A stretch of DNA of 64,000 nucleotides from Candidatus Marinacidobacterium sp. (GTDB taxonomy: Bacteria; Acidobacteriota; Vicinamibacteria; Marinacidobacterales; Marinacidobacteraceae). This document shows positions 19,095 through 28,682 of this stretch, piece after piece. Made by a program: the position numbers and the translations under genes. The notes beneath the pieces are model-generated. The model was not told the origin of the DNA and ran no database searches. It was given only the letters and a program-made list of their open reading frames with translations. The stretch is taken from positions 1,472,001 through 1,536,000 of the forward strand of contig OZ242011.1 in NCBI GenBank assembly GCA_965204755.1. The letters are read 5' to 3'. How positions within the stretch are numbered: the stretch's first letter is position 1; the number at the start of each line of letters is the position of its first letter.

Positions 19095-19972
19095 CGCCGA
19101 CTTCGCTCTCCGCCGCCGAGCGGCTCTGCCGGCGGGTGGCGCACCGCGCCGGGCCGAACTTCTCGGTGGGGTTCCGGCTGCTGCCGCCGGCCAAGCGGCG
19201 CGCCGTGTACGCGGCGTACGCGTTCTGCCGTTTCGTGGACGACGAGGTGGACGAGGCCGCGGGCCGGGGAGAGCGCGGCGGGGGCATCGAAGACGCGCTC
19301 GACCGCTGGCAGCGCGAACTCGACTGCGTGTACCGGGGCGCCCCGGAGCGCCCGGTGGGGCGGGCGCTCGCCGCCGCCCTCGACCGGTTCCCGGCGCCGA
19401 AGGCGGCGTTCGAAGGCCTGATCGCCGGCTGCCGGCTCGACCTGTCCAAGACGCGGTACGCGAACTTCGACGAGTTGCTCGAGTACTGCCGGTTGGTGGC
19501 CGGGACGATCTCCACGATCTCGCTGGCCATCTTCGGCGCGTCGGACCCGGAGGCGGCGGAGCGGGCGGGCGACCACCTCTCCACCGCGTTCCAACTCACG
19601 AATGTGCTGCGCGATGTCGGGGAAGACCTCCGGGAGCGCGACCGCATCTACCTCCCGCTCGACGAACTCGGAAGGTTCGGAGTCGCAGAAGACGACCTTC
19701 GCCGCGGAGAGATCACGGAAGGAGTCGCCGCCCTGCTGCGATTCCAGTTGGAGCGGGCGCGCGACTACTACCGCCGCGCCGAACCGGTTCTCGGCCTCAT
19801 CGAAGAAGACGCCCGCCGCTGCGCCTGGCTGATGGGAAGGGTCTATCTCGCCGTCCTCGACCGCATCGAAGCGAGCGGCTACGCGGTCTTCGGCCCCCGC
19901 ATCGGCCTCTCCCCCGCGGCCAAACTCGCCCTGGTGGCCCGAAGCCTCCCCGCCGACCTCACCCGCTGGTGA
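19091..19972 (+). CDS. Phytoene/squalene synthase family (CrtB/HpnD-like)
   Basis: TTG overlapping TGA; YAFCRFVDDEVDE, YCRLVAG, FQLTNVLRDVGED, RIYLPLDEL. Confidence 0.9.
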   Translation: MTPTSLSAAERLCRRVAHRAGPNFSVGFRLLPPAKRRAVYAAYAFCRFVDDEVDEAAGRGERGGGIEDALDRWQRELDCVYRGAPERPVGRALAAALDRFPAPKAAFEGLIAGCRLDLSKTRYANFDELLEYCRLVAGTISTISLAIFGASDPEAAERAGDHLSTAFQLTNVLRDVGEDLRERDRIYLPLDELGRFGVAEDDLRRGEITEGVAALLRFQLERARDYYRRAEPVLGLIEEDARRCAWLMGRVYLAVLDRIEASGYAVFGPRIGLSPAAKLALVARSLPADLTRW

Positions 19973-20100
19973 AGGTCAGCCGGGCCGATACTTCCGGCCT
20001 CGCGTCTCGCCGGCGCAGCGCCCGGATAGTCGGCCTCGATTCCCCCGCCATACATTCGGAAGCCGCATGGCGGGCGGCGCAGCGGAGAGACGCCGTTCGT

Positions 20101-20556
20101 TCACCAAGACGATTCGACGAGGCGCTCGAGGCGGTCCGTCAGCAGTTCCCACCCGCGGCGAGCGGTCAAGTCGAGCGCGTCGAGCAGGTCGTCTCCCGAA
20201 GCGAGATCCACGGAGTGCCATTCCGCCGCGCCGGTGACCAGGTCCACTTCGACATTCACCTCGGTCGAACCGAGCGACCATTCCAACTGTGCGCCGCCGG
20301 CGAGAGTCGGATAGATGCGGGGCGGCGGCAACCGCTCCGGGTAGTCCTCGTCGAAGCGCGCCGCGAACCGGTCGAGTCCTGCCGGAGAGGGCGCCCGTCC
20401 CTGTCCGTCGAGCCAGCCGTCCCGGAGGGCGCGCAGCGCCTGCCACTGCGCGGCGACGGGAGTCGAATCGCGCGTTTCGAGGTCCGCTTCGCGGCGGCGC
20501 CCGCCCGGCCGGGACCTCCGGTTCCGCGACTCCGGAACTCCGCTTCGGTTCGCCAA
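20101..20556 (-). CDS. Hypothetical protein or remnant domain (LRDGWLDGQGRAP..IYPTLAGGAQLEW)
   Basis: Protein-like C-terminal part of minus ORF 20101..21579, lying in the crtB-gabD gap; start uncertain (TTG 20556). Confidence 0.5.
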   Translation of the reverse strand: MANRSGVPESRNRRSRPGGRRREADLETRDSTPVAAQWQALRALRDGWLDGQGRAPSPAGLDRFAARFDEDYPERLPPPRIYPTLAGGAQLEWSLGSTEVNVEVDLVTGAAEWHSVDLASGDDLLDALDLTARRGWELLTDRLERLVESSW

Positions 20557-20700
20557 TCGATCCGCGATCGTAGCGGGAGGCGCCCCGAGCGGTGGGCGCG
20601 CAGGGTTTCGAACGACTCGACGGCCCTGCGTTCCCGAAAGCCCGCCCGGCAGTCCCGGCCGCGGCCCGCTCCCGGGTCGGCATCGGGTACCGTCCGGGCG

Positions 20701-22062
20701 ATGCTCTACCGATCGTTGAACCCCGCGACCGAGGAACTGCTGGCCGAGTTCGACACCTCGACGCCCGGCGAGATCGAGATCGCCCTGCAGAGCGCGGAGC
20801 GGGTCTTCTCGGACTGGCGGCGGACGCCGTTCGCCGAGCGGCGGCGGGTGAACGAGCGGCTCGCGGGCCTGCTCGAAGCGCAGGCGGACGACCTGGCGCG
20901 GCTCATGGCCGAGGAGATGGGGAAACCGCTGGCCCAGGGCGTGGCGGAGGCGCAGAAGTGCGCCTGGGTGGCGCGGCACTACGCGGAGACCGGGGAGAGG
21001 GCGCTTCGCCCCCGCCCGCTCGAGTCCGACGGGAGCGAGACCCGGCAGCAGTTCGAACCCCTCGGGCCGCTGTTCGCGGTCATGCCGTGGAACTTCCCGT
21101 TCTGGCAGGTCATCCGGGTGTCGGCGGCGAACTTCCTCACCGGCAACCCGATGCTGCTGAAACACGCGCCGTCCGTCCCCCGCTGCGCGTTGCGCATCGT
21201 CCGGCTCTACGCGGAGGCCGGGGCGCCGGACGGCCTGATCGGGAACCTCTTCCTGACGAACGAACAGGCGGCGGCCTGCATCGCCGATCCGCGGGTGCGG
21301 GCGGTGACCCTGACCGGGAGTTCCCGGGCGGGGAGCGAAGTCGCCGCGGAGGCCGGCCGCGCGCTGAAGCCGATGGTCGCCGAACTCGGCGGGAGCGATC
21401 CGTTCGTCGTTTTCGACGACGCCGACCTCGCCGAGGCGGCCGCCGCCGGCGCGGGAGCGCGGCTCATCAACTCCGGCCAGAGTTGCATCGCCGCCAAGCG
21501 GTTCCTGGTCCAGCGGAGCGTCTTCGACGACTTCGCCGCGAAGTTCACCGAGCGCATCGCCGGCGCTCCCGTCGGGCATCCGGCGGACCCGGCCACCGAG
21601 GTCGGGCCGCTGGCCCGCGAAGACCTGCGCGACCGGCTGGAAGACCAGGTCGCCCGGTCCGTGGCCGCCGGAGCGGAAGTCCTCCAGCGCGGCGAAGCGC
21701 CCGAAGTCGGCTACTACTCCGCGACCGGCGTGCTCGGCGGCGCTCGCCCCGGCGCTCCCGCCTGGAGCGAGGAACTCTTCGGCCCGGTGGCCGTGCTCCT
21801 GCCGTTCGAGGACGAACGCCAGGCGGTCGAGATCGCGAACGCGACGCCCTACGGGCTCGGTTCCTCGCTGTGGACCTCCGACCCGGCGCGGGCGGAGCGG
21901 CTGATCCCCGAGATCGAGGCCGGCGCGGTGTTCGTGAACGGCATCACCAAGTCCGATCCGCGCGTTCCCTTCGGCGGCGCGAAGTCGTCCGGTTTCGGAC
22001 GCGAGTTGGGAACCGACGGCCTCACCGAGTTCACGAACCGCAAGACCGTCTGGATCCGCTGA
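20701..22062 (+). CDS. gabD: NAD(P)-dependent succinate-semialdehyde dehydrogenase
   Basis: VMPWNFPFWQV, LKHA, LTGSSRAG, ELGGSDP, NSGQSCIAAKRF, EELFGP, PFGGAKSSGFGRE; leaderless-type TACCGT 7 nt before ATG. Confidence 0.9.
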   Translation: MLYRSLNPATEELLAEFDTSTPGEIEIALQSAERVFSDWRRTPFAERRRVNERLAGLLEAQADDLARLMAEEMGKPLAQGVAEAQKCAWVARHYAETGERALRPRPLESDGSETRQQFEPLGPLFAVMPWNFPFWQVIRVSAANFLTGNPMLLKHAPSVPRCALRIVRLYAEAGAPDGLIGNLFLTNEQAAACIADPRVRAVTLTGSSRAGSEVAAEAGRALKPMVAELGGSDPFVVFDDADLAEAAAAGAGARLINSGQSCIAAKRFLVQRSVFDDFAAKFTERIAGAPVGHPADPATEVGPLAREDLRDRLEDQVARSVAAGAEVLQRGEAPEVGYYSATGVLGGARPGAPAWSEELFGPVAVLLPFEDERQAVEIANATPYGLGSSLWTSDPARAERLIPEIEAGAVFVNGITKSDPRVPFGGAKSSGFGRELGTDGLTEFTNRKTVWIR

Positions 22063-22131
22063 GCGGCGCCGCCGCCCTTCGCCGCGCGGCGCGCCGGCGG
22101 AGCGGCTATCCCGCCGCCGGACGCCGCCGGT

Positions 22132-22821
22132 TCACAGCGGCCAGGCCTCCTGCCGCCAGGCCATGTCCCAGAACATCCACTCGTAACGGGAAGTCATGGC
22201 GAAGTGCCGGGCCATCGCCCGGCGGGCGGCGTCGCCGAGGTCTTCCGCGGTCCGGTCGGTGAGGGCCACCACCCGCTGCACCACCGCGTCGTACTCCGCG
22301 CTGCCGTAACTCTCGATCCACCGCCGGTAGAGCGGGTCGGGAGACGGCGGGCGCCCCAGCAGTTCCTTGCCGACTTCCGCGTAGATCCAGTAGCAGGGGA
22401 GCACCGCGGCGAGGCCCTCGTGGAAGGGCCGGGAGTGGACCTGCGAGAGGAAGTAGGCGGTGTACGCCTGGTTCGTCGGCGCCGGCTGCCGGGAGAACAA
22501 CTCCTCCCGGGCGCCTCCGAGTTCCTCGAGGAACGCGCCGAGTTGTTCCCGTTCGCCCTTCACGGTCTCGACGGCGTCGCCGCAGAGCGCCTCGGTGATG
22601 TCCGGGTGCGGCGCCTTGCCGCCGAGGATCGCCACCGCGCGTGCGAAGTCGTGCAGGTAGAGCGCGTCCTCGATCACATAGAAGCGGAACACCTGCCGGT
22701 CGAGCGTCCCGTCCGCGAGGCCGGCCAGGAACGGATGCCGCAGGATCTCCGAGTAGATGGGCTCGATCCCGGCCCACAGCCGGGAAGTGAACGAATCCGG
22801 GGTCTCGGGAGCGCCGCTCAT
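22132..22821 (-). CDS. tenA: TenA / thiaminase II
   Basis: HPFLAGLADGTL, FYVIEDALYL, LPCYWIY (catalytic Cys), YRRWIESY, EWMFWD. Confidence 0.9.
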   Translation of the reverse strand: MSGAPETPDSFTSRLWAGIEPIYSEILRHPFLAGLADGTLDRQVFRFYVIEDALYLHDFARAVAILGGKAPHPDITEALCGDAVETVKGEREQLGAFLEELGGAREELFSRQPAPTNQAYTAYFLSQVHSRPFHEGLAAVLPCYWIYAEVGKELLGRPPSPDPLYRRWIESYGSAEYDAVVQRVVALTDRTAEDLGDAARRAMARHFAMTSRYEWMFWDMAWRQEAWPL

Positions 22822-22845
22822 CGCGCCGGATGCTAACCCCGCTCC

Positions 22846-24375
22846 TCAGCCCAGGACCACCGGCGCCCAGAAGACGGCGAACAGGCTGGCGAGGACGGCG
22901 CCGATCAGGTTGGCGCCGATGCCGGCGCGCACCATCTGCGGGATCCGGAACTGGCCGGTGCCGAACACGATGGCGTTCGGGGGCGTCGCCGCCGGCAACA
23001 TGAACGCGCAGGAAGCGGCCACCGTGGCCGGGGCGAGCAGGGTCAGCGGGGCGATCCCCGCCGAGACTTCGACCGCGGCCAGGATCGGCAGGATCATCGC
23101 CACCGACGCCAGGTTGGACGCGAACTCGGTGAGCAGGATCACGAAGAGCACCACGAGAACCACGAATACCGGCAGGGGCAGCGCCGAAGCGGCGGCGAGC
23201 CGGCGGCCGAGGAACTCGGAGAGGCCGCTCACTTCGATCCCGTTCGCCAGCGCGAACCCGCCGCCGAACAGGAGCAGCACATCCCAGGGGATGGCCCGGC
23301 CCCACTCCCAATTCAGGATGCGCTCGCGCCCGGCGTCCGCGGCGCGGACCGCGGCCCCGCCGGGAGGAGGATTCCCGGGCGCCGAGGCAGAGGCCCCGGC
23401 GGGGAGGAGGAAGCAGAGGACGGTGGCGGCCATGGCGATCGTGGAGTCGGTGATCAGTTCGCCGTTCGGCACGAAGGCCGTCCAGACCGGACGGAACATC
23501 CAGGCGAGCGCGGTGCTCCCGAAGAGGACCGCCAAGCGGCGCTCCGGCGTGGAAAACGGCCCCAGGCGTTCGTATTCGGCGCGGACCGGGGCGAGGCCGC
23601 CGGGCAACTCCCGCAGCCGCAAGGGGAACGCGATACGCGTCAGCCAGAGCCAGACCGCCGGCAGGAACAGCAGGGTCAGCGGCAGCGCGAAGGCGAGCCA
23701 TCTCCCGAAGCCGATGTCGATGCCGTACTCGTCGTGGGCGAACCCGGACAGGAACACATTCGGCGGCGTGCCGATGAGCGTGGCGAAGCCGCCGATGGAA
23801 GACCCGTAGGCGCAGCCGAGCATCAGGCAGACCGCGAAGGGCGAGCCGGCGGTCGCCGCCGCGAGCCCCCCGCCGGCGGCGGAACCCCCTTCCCGCGCGC
23901 GTTCCGCGGCGGCCACTTCGCGGATCACGGCGACGCCGATGGGCATCATCATCGCGGTGGTGGCGGTGTTCGAGACCCACATGGACAAGAACCCGGACGC
24001 CGCCATGAACCCCAGGACGATCCGCGCCGGCGAGCCCCCGATCGCCAGCACGATCCGCAGCGCCAGCCGCCGGTGGAGGTTCCACCGCTGCATCGCCTGC
24101 GCCAGCATGAACCCGCCGAGGAACAGGTACACCAAGTGGTTCGCGTAGGGCGCGGCGGCCTCCCCGGCGGTGGCGAGGCCGAACGCCGGCAGGAGGACCA
24201 GCGGCAGGAGCGAAGTCACCGCGAGCGGCGCGGCCTCGGTGACCCACCAGGCGGCCATCACCGCGGCCACCGCCAGCATCAGCCGCGGTTCGGAAGGAAG
24301 GCCGGGGATCGGGACCGCGGCGAGCCCGACCAGCAGGCCGAGGCCCAGGACCAGCCCGACGCGCTGCCGGGTCAT
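22846..24375 (-). CDS. SLC13/DASS family Na+:dicarboxylate/sulfate symporter
   Basis: WWVTEAAPL, SMWVSNTAT, TLIGTPPN, TEFASN, MLPAATPPNA motifs; many TM helices. Confidence 0.92.
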   Translation of the reverse strand: MTRQRVGLVLGLGLLVGLAAVPIPGLPSEPRLMLAVAAVMAAWWVTEAAPLAVTSLLPLVLLPAFGLATAGEAAAPYANHLVYLFLGGFMLAQAMQRWNLHRRLALRIVLAIGGSPARIVLGFMAASGFLSMWVSNTATTAMMMPIGVAVIREVAAAERAREGGSAAGGGLAAATAGSPFAVCLMLGCAYGSSIGGFATLIGTPPNVFLSGFAHDEYGIDIGFGRWLAFALPLTLLFLPAVWLWLTRIAFPLRLRELPGGLAPVRAEYERLGPFSTPERRLAVLFGSTALAWMFRPVWTAFVPNGELITDSTIAMAATVLCFLLPAGASASAPGNPPPGGAAVRAADAGRERILNWEWGRAIPWDVLLLFGGGFALANGIEVSGLSEFLGRRLAAASALPLPVFVVLVVLFVILLTEFASNLASVAMILPILAAVEVSAGIAPLTLLAPATVAASCAFMLPAATPPNAIVFGTGQFRIPQMVRAGIGANLIGAVLASLFAVFWAPVVLG

Positions 24376-24409
24376 GCGGCGGCCCCCCGCGCCGACCGCC
24401 GACCGCCGC

Positions 24410-25756
24410 TCACTCGGATCGGAGCGCGACGATCGGGTCGAGACGGGAGGCGCGGCGGGCCGGAATCCACCCGAAGAAGACGCCCACCGCGCCGGCGAGG
24501 AGCGCCGCCCCGACGGGGGCCGCCGCCGGAATCAGCGTCCGCCAGCCGAGCGCCCGCTCCACCCCGGAAGCCGCCGCCGCCCCCGCGGCGATGCCCAGGA
24601 GCCCGCCGAGGACCGCGAGCGCCGTCGCCTCCGCCAAGAACTGCCAGAGGACATCCCGGCGGCGGGCGCCCACCGCGAGCCGCAGCCCGATCTCGCGGGT
24701 GCGCTCCGTCACCGCGAGCAGCATCACATTCATGATGCCGACGCCGCCCACCACCAGCGAGACGCCGGCGAGGGCGCCGAGCAGCAGGGTCATCGTCGAG
24801 GTGGCCCGGTTCAGCGTGCCGACCATCTCCTCGGAGGTCATCTCGTCGAGGCGCGGCATGGAAGCGAGCACGAAGGCGGCGGCCGTGGTGTAGAGCCCCT
24901 CGGTGAGCGCCGAAGTCGCCTGCGTCCGGACCACGAAGTCGTCGGGGAGCCGACCGCTCCGGCGGAACGCGTGCGGCGCGTCGGACTCCGCCGGGGGCGC
25001 GGCGCGGGTGAGCCGGTGCCGCTCCCGCAGCAGTCGGGTCACTTCCCGGCCCACCCGCGAGGCGTCGCCGGCGCGTTCCGTCGAGATGACCACCTCCTGG
25101 AGGTGGGCCCGGCCGAGGGTCTCGGCGAGCAACGGCCAGGGGACGAGCGCGGACTCCACGAGGCGCCGGTCGGTGGTGCGGAACACGCCCACGACTTCGA
25201 ACTCGCGGCCCCGGGCCGCGAACCGGCGGCCCACGGCGGAGCGTCCGGGGAACAGTTCGGCGGCCGCCGCGGCGGAGAGGAGGGCCACCGGCCGGCGCGC
25301 CTCCACGGCGTCGGCGTCGAAGTTCTCCCCCTCGACCAGGGAGAGCCGCCAGATCCGGGCGGCGGCTTCGGAAACGCCGCGCACCGGGGCGAAGAAGTCG
25401 CCGAGGTCGGAAGCGAGCGCGGCCCGGTCCTCGACGACCGGGCTGACCGAAGCCACCTGGTCGAGCGCCCCGATCGCCTCCGCGTCGGCGACGGAGAGCG
25501 TGTCGGCGCGCCCGAACCCGGAGGGGATGTTCACGGCGTCGCCCCCCCGGATGTAGTTCCCGGCGCGGACGACCACGATGTTCGTGCCCGCCGACCGCAC
25601 ATCGTCCCGGACCGCCGCGCGGGCGCCGGTTCCGAGCGCGGCCATGGTGATCACCGAGGCCACGCCGATCACCAACCCGACGAGCGCGAGCCCGGTGCGC
25701 AGCGGGTTCGCCCGAAGCGCCGCGGCGGCGGTCCGGAACGGGAGGGGCGCTTCCAC
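24410..25756 (-). CDS. MacB/FtsX-like ABC transporter permease
   Basis: NPLRTGLALVGLVIGVASVI, GGVGIMNVMLLAVTERTREIGLRLAVGA, PARRASRLDPIVALRSE. Confidence 0.92.
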   Translation of the reverse strand: MEAPLPFRTAAAALRANPLRTGLALVGLVIGVASVITMAALGTGARAAVRDDVRSAGTNIVVVRAGNYIRGGDAVNIPSGFGRADTLSVADAEAIGALDQVASVSPVVEDRAALASDLGDFFAPVRGVSEAAARIWRLSLVEGENFDADAVEARRPVALLSAAAAAELFPGRSAVGRRFAARGREFEVVGVFRTTDRRLVESALVPWPLLAETLGRAHLQEVVISTERAGDASRVGREVTRLLRERHRLTRAAPPAESDAPHAFRRSGRLPDDFVVRTQATSALTEGLYTTAAAFVLASMPRLDEMTSEEMVGTLNRATSTMTLLLGALAGVSLVVGGVGIMNVMLLAVTERTREIGLRLAVGARRRDVLWQFLAEATALAVLGGLLGIAAGAAAASGVERALGWRTLIPAAAPVGAALLAGAVGVFFGWIPARRASRLDPIVALRSE

Positions 25757-25864
25757 GGGCGCGGAGTCTATGGGCGGCCGTCCCGTGTCTCCCCGCGGTC
25801 TCCCCGGCGGGCGGGCGGACGGAGCGGCGCCGCCGACCCCGCCCGGTATCCTGCTCTCCTCGTC

Positions 25865-26341
25865 GTGCGGCTGCTCCGGTTCGTCGCGCTCCTGAGCGGC
25901 GTTTACGACCTGCTGCTCGGCGGCGCGCTCCTGTTCGCCCTCGACGAAACCGTCCGGCTGCTCGGGGTTCCTCCTCCCCGGTTCCCGCTCAACGCGAACC
26001 TGAACGGGCTGTTCGCGCTGGCGGTGGGCGCCGGCTACTTCGCGGTCCTCCCGGCGCCGGAGCGCGGGCGGTTCTACCTGTGGATCATGGGGCCGTTCCT
26101 GAAGGGCGGAGGGGCGGTGCTCTTCGCGCTGGACTTCGCGCTCCGGGGCTCTCCGGCGGTCTTCCTGCTGTTCGCGGCCAGCGACGGCGCGCTCGCCGCG
26201 CTCACCGCATTCGCGCTCACGCGGCGGCCGGAGCCGGCGCCGCCCGCTAGGGCCGGCGAGGTCGGGACCGCCCGCGAAGCGCGGGACTCCGGGCCGGCGG
26301 CAGCGGACGAAGAGGACGAGAGGGCGGCGGCCCTAAACTGA
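25865..26341 (+). CDS. Small multi-pass (about 4 TM) membrane protein
   Basis: Hydrophobic C-terminal part of ORF 24170..26341 (VRLLRFVALLSGVYDLLLGG..); GTG start, TATCCT -10 at 25847. Confidence 0.65.
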   Translation: MRLLRFVALLSGVYDLLLGGALLFALDETVRLLGVPPPRFPLNANLNGLFALAVGAGYFAVLPAPERGRFYLWIMGPFLKGGGAVLFALDFALRGSPAVFLLFAASDGALAALTAFALTRRPEPAPPARAGEVGTAREARDSGPAAADEEDERAAALN

Positions 26342-26363
26342 CCCCTCCCGGACACCGTTTCCC

Positions 26364-27095
26364 TTGGATCAACTGGATCTGTTTCGCCGGCTCGCGCGGG
26401 CCCGCGACGACGATCCCGCGTGGCGCGACCTGCTGGAACTGTGTCTGTCGCAGGTGCGCCGGACGCTCTGGTTCCGGAACTGGATGCCGCGGGAAAACAG
26501 CCGGGCCTTCGTGGCGGACATCGCGCAGGAAGTCCTGTTGCGGCTGGTCGCGGAGGATCGGCGCCGGCTGGATCGGCTGGTGGCGCTCGGCAGCATCGCG
26601 CTCCAGTTGTACCTGCGCCGGATGGTGGAGAACGCGGTCTGCGACCAACTCCGCGCCGACATGGTGCGGATCAAACTCGAGGACGCGCTGGCGTTCGACG
26701 ACCTTCCGCCGCATCTCGACGAGGCGCTCCACCAGGCGCTCGCGACGAACACCGAGGAGAACCCGGACGCGGACCTGAGCGCCCGGGAGGTCCGGGAAGT
26801 CGTCGAGCGGGCGCTGCGCGCGGTCGCCCCGCCCGGGCCGGAGCGGTCGTTCTACCGGCAACTCTTCCAACTCTATTTCGTGGAGGGCCGGAGCACGCCG
26901 CAGATCGCCCGGATGCCGACGGTTCCGCTCAGCCCTTCCGGTGTCCGCCGGCGCATCGCCCACCTGCGGGAGATCCTGCAGGCGGCCTTCGACGGCGAAC
27001 CGCTCCACGGACTGGTCGTGGGCCGCGCCCGGTCGCGCGCCCGCTCCGCGGCCCGCCACCAGCCGCGCCGAGGCAGCCGGGACCGCCACCGGTAG
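26364..27095 (+). CDS. ECF-type sigma-70 factor
   Basis: AWRDLL, DIAQEVLLRL, YLRRMVENAVCDQLR (region 2); FQLYFVEGRSTPQIA..VRRRIAHLREIL (region 4 HTH). Confidence 0.75.
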   Translation: MDQLDLFRRLARARDDDPAWRDLLELCLSQVRRTLWFRNWMPRENSRAFVADIAQEVLLRLVAEDRRRLDRLVALGSIALQLYLRRMVENAVCDQLRADMVRIKLEDALAFDDLPPHLDEALHQALATNTEENPDADLSAREVREVVERALRAVAPPGPERSFYRQLFQLYFVEGRSTPQIARMPTVPLSPSGVRRRIAHLREILQAAFDGEPLHGLVVGRARSRARSAARHQPRRGSRDRHR

Positions 27096-27152
27096 CCTCG
27101 GCGGGGCGGCGGCCGGGACGCGGCCGTCGGAAGACCGCCGGCCGCCGCGAGG

Positions 27153-28499
27153 TCAGCGTCCGGAGGCGAGGCCGAGCAGCAAGTCCATCACATTCGTGCC
27201 CGTCGGGCCCGTGACGAGGAGGTCCCCGGTGGCCCCGAAGAGCGACCCGGAGTCGTTCCGCCGGAGCGTCTCCGCCGGGTCGAACCCGGCCCGGCGGGCG
27301 CGGTCGGCGCTGCCGCCGTCGGCGAACGCCCCGGCGGCGTCGGTCGGCCCGTCCGTGCCGTCCGTGCCGGCGGCGAGGATCGCCGCCCCCGGCGTCCCGG
27401 CGAGTCGGCCGGCGGCGGCCAGGGCGAATTCCTGGCAGCGCCCGCCGCGCCCGCCGCCCCGGACGCGGAGGGTCAGTTCCCCGCCGCCCACCAGCGCCGC
27501 CCGGCGTCCCGCCTCCCGCAGTTCCAACAGGCGGTCGGCGAACCGCCGCGCCGCCGGGTGGAGGTCCCCCGTCAGGTCGCGACCGAAGACTTCCACTTCG
27601 TAGCCGAGGTCGGCGGCGGCCCGCCCGGCGGCGTCCAGCGCGCGCCGGTTCGAGGCCAGGATGCGGTGTGGAAGCGGCCGATCCGCGCTCTTCGGGGTCT
27701 CGGGAACGCGGCCGGCCGCCCCTTCGACGAGCCGAGCGAGCACGGAGGCCGGAACGCGGCTCTCGAGATCGAATTCCCGGAGGACGCCGAGCGCTTCCCC
27801 GAAGGTGGTCGGGTCGGGGGTCGCCGGCCCGGAACCGATGGAAGCGAGCGAGTCGCCGACCACATCGGAGATCAGGAGCGCGCCGGCGCGGCCCGGCGGG
27901 AGGAGCGGCAGCAACTGTCCGCCCTTGACCGCGGAGATGTGCTTCCGGACGGTGTTCATCCGGTGGATGTCCGCGCCGCTCTTCAGCAGCAGGGAGTTCA
28001 CCTCCGACTTCTCTTCCAAGGTGATCCCGGGCACGGGTGCGGCGAGCAGCGCCGACGCCCCCCCGGTGAGCAGGAGGAGCGCCCGCCCCCGCCGCCCGGC
28101 GGCGCGGAGGTCGGCGAGCAGCCGCCCGGTGGCTTCGGCGGAGTCCCGGTCCGGGACCGGATGCCCCGCTTCTTCGACCGTGACCCCCGGGATTTCCAGC
28201 CGGTGGCCGCGCTTGACGATGATCCGCCCCCGGAGCGGCTCGCCGGCGAGCCGGGCCGCCGCCGCCCGTCCGAGCGCCGCCGCCGCCTTCCCGGCCCCGA
28301 GCAGGAGCAGCGGCCCTTCCCCCGGCGCCGCCGCCGGGAGCAGCGCCTGCCCCCGGAACCGCCACCCGGTCCCGCGGCTGCCGCGGAGGTCCCGTTCGAG
28401 GATCGCGCCCGGTTCGGAGTCGGCGAGCCCGGCGCGGAAGATCGCCTCGAGGTCCCGCCGCAGCGCCGCCGGCGGCGCGCTCGTCCCCGGCGGGCTCAC
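27153..28499 (-). CDS. Glycerate kinase type 2 (DUF4147/MOFRL)
   Basis: GAGKAA, AGHPVPD, TGGASAL, NTVRKHISAVKGG, ISDVVGD..IGSGP, GTDGTDGPT, TGPTGTNVMD. Confidence 0.92.
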   Translation of the reverse strand: MSPPGTSAPPAALRRDLEAIFRAGLADSEPGAILERDLRGSRGTGWRFRGQALLPAAAPGEGPLLLLGAGKAAAALGRAAAARLAGEPLRGRIIVKRGHRLEIPGVTVEEAGHPVPDRDSAEATGRLLADLRAAGRRGRALLLLTGGASALLAAPVPGITLEEKSEVNSLLLKSGADIHRMNTVRKHISAVKGGQLLPLLPPGRAGALLISDVVGDSLASIGSGPATPDPTTFGEALGVLREFDLESRVPASVLARLVEGAAGRVPETPKSADRPLPHRILASNRRALDAAGRAAADLGYEVEVFGRDLTGDLHPAARRFADRLLELREAGRRAALVGGGELTLRVRGGGRGGRCQEFALAAAGRLAGTPGAAILAAGTDGTDGPTDAAGAFADGGSADRARRAGFDPAETLRRNDSGSLFGATGDLLVTGPTGTNVMDLLLGLASGR

Positions 28500-28518
28500 T
28501 GCGCCTTACAGTTTCCGG

Positions 28519-28641
28519 ATGCCGGCCGGGGAGGAGTCGCGAAACCCCACCCGGCGGCACATCGTTCTGGCATTCGCGCCGATCGCCTTGGCGCTCCTCG
28601 CGCTCGCCGGACTCCTCCTCTTCCATTGGTGGAAGGCCTGA
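28519..28641 (+). CDS. Small single-pass membrane protein (40 aa)
   Basis: MPAGEESRNPTRRHIVLAFAPIALALLALAGLLLFHWWKA; TACAGT -10 exactly 6 nt before ATG (leaderless). Confidence 0.5.
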   Translation: MPAGEESRNPTRRHIVLAFAPIALALLALAGLLLFHWWKA

Positions 28642-28682
28642 GTTCCGGACGGCGCCACTCGCCTCCAAGGAGAAGAACACGC

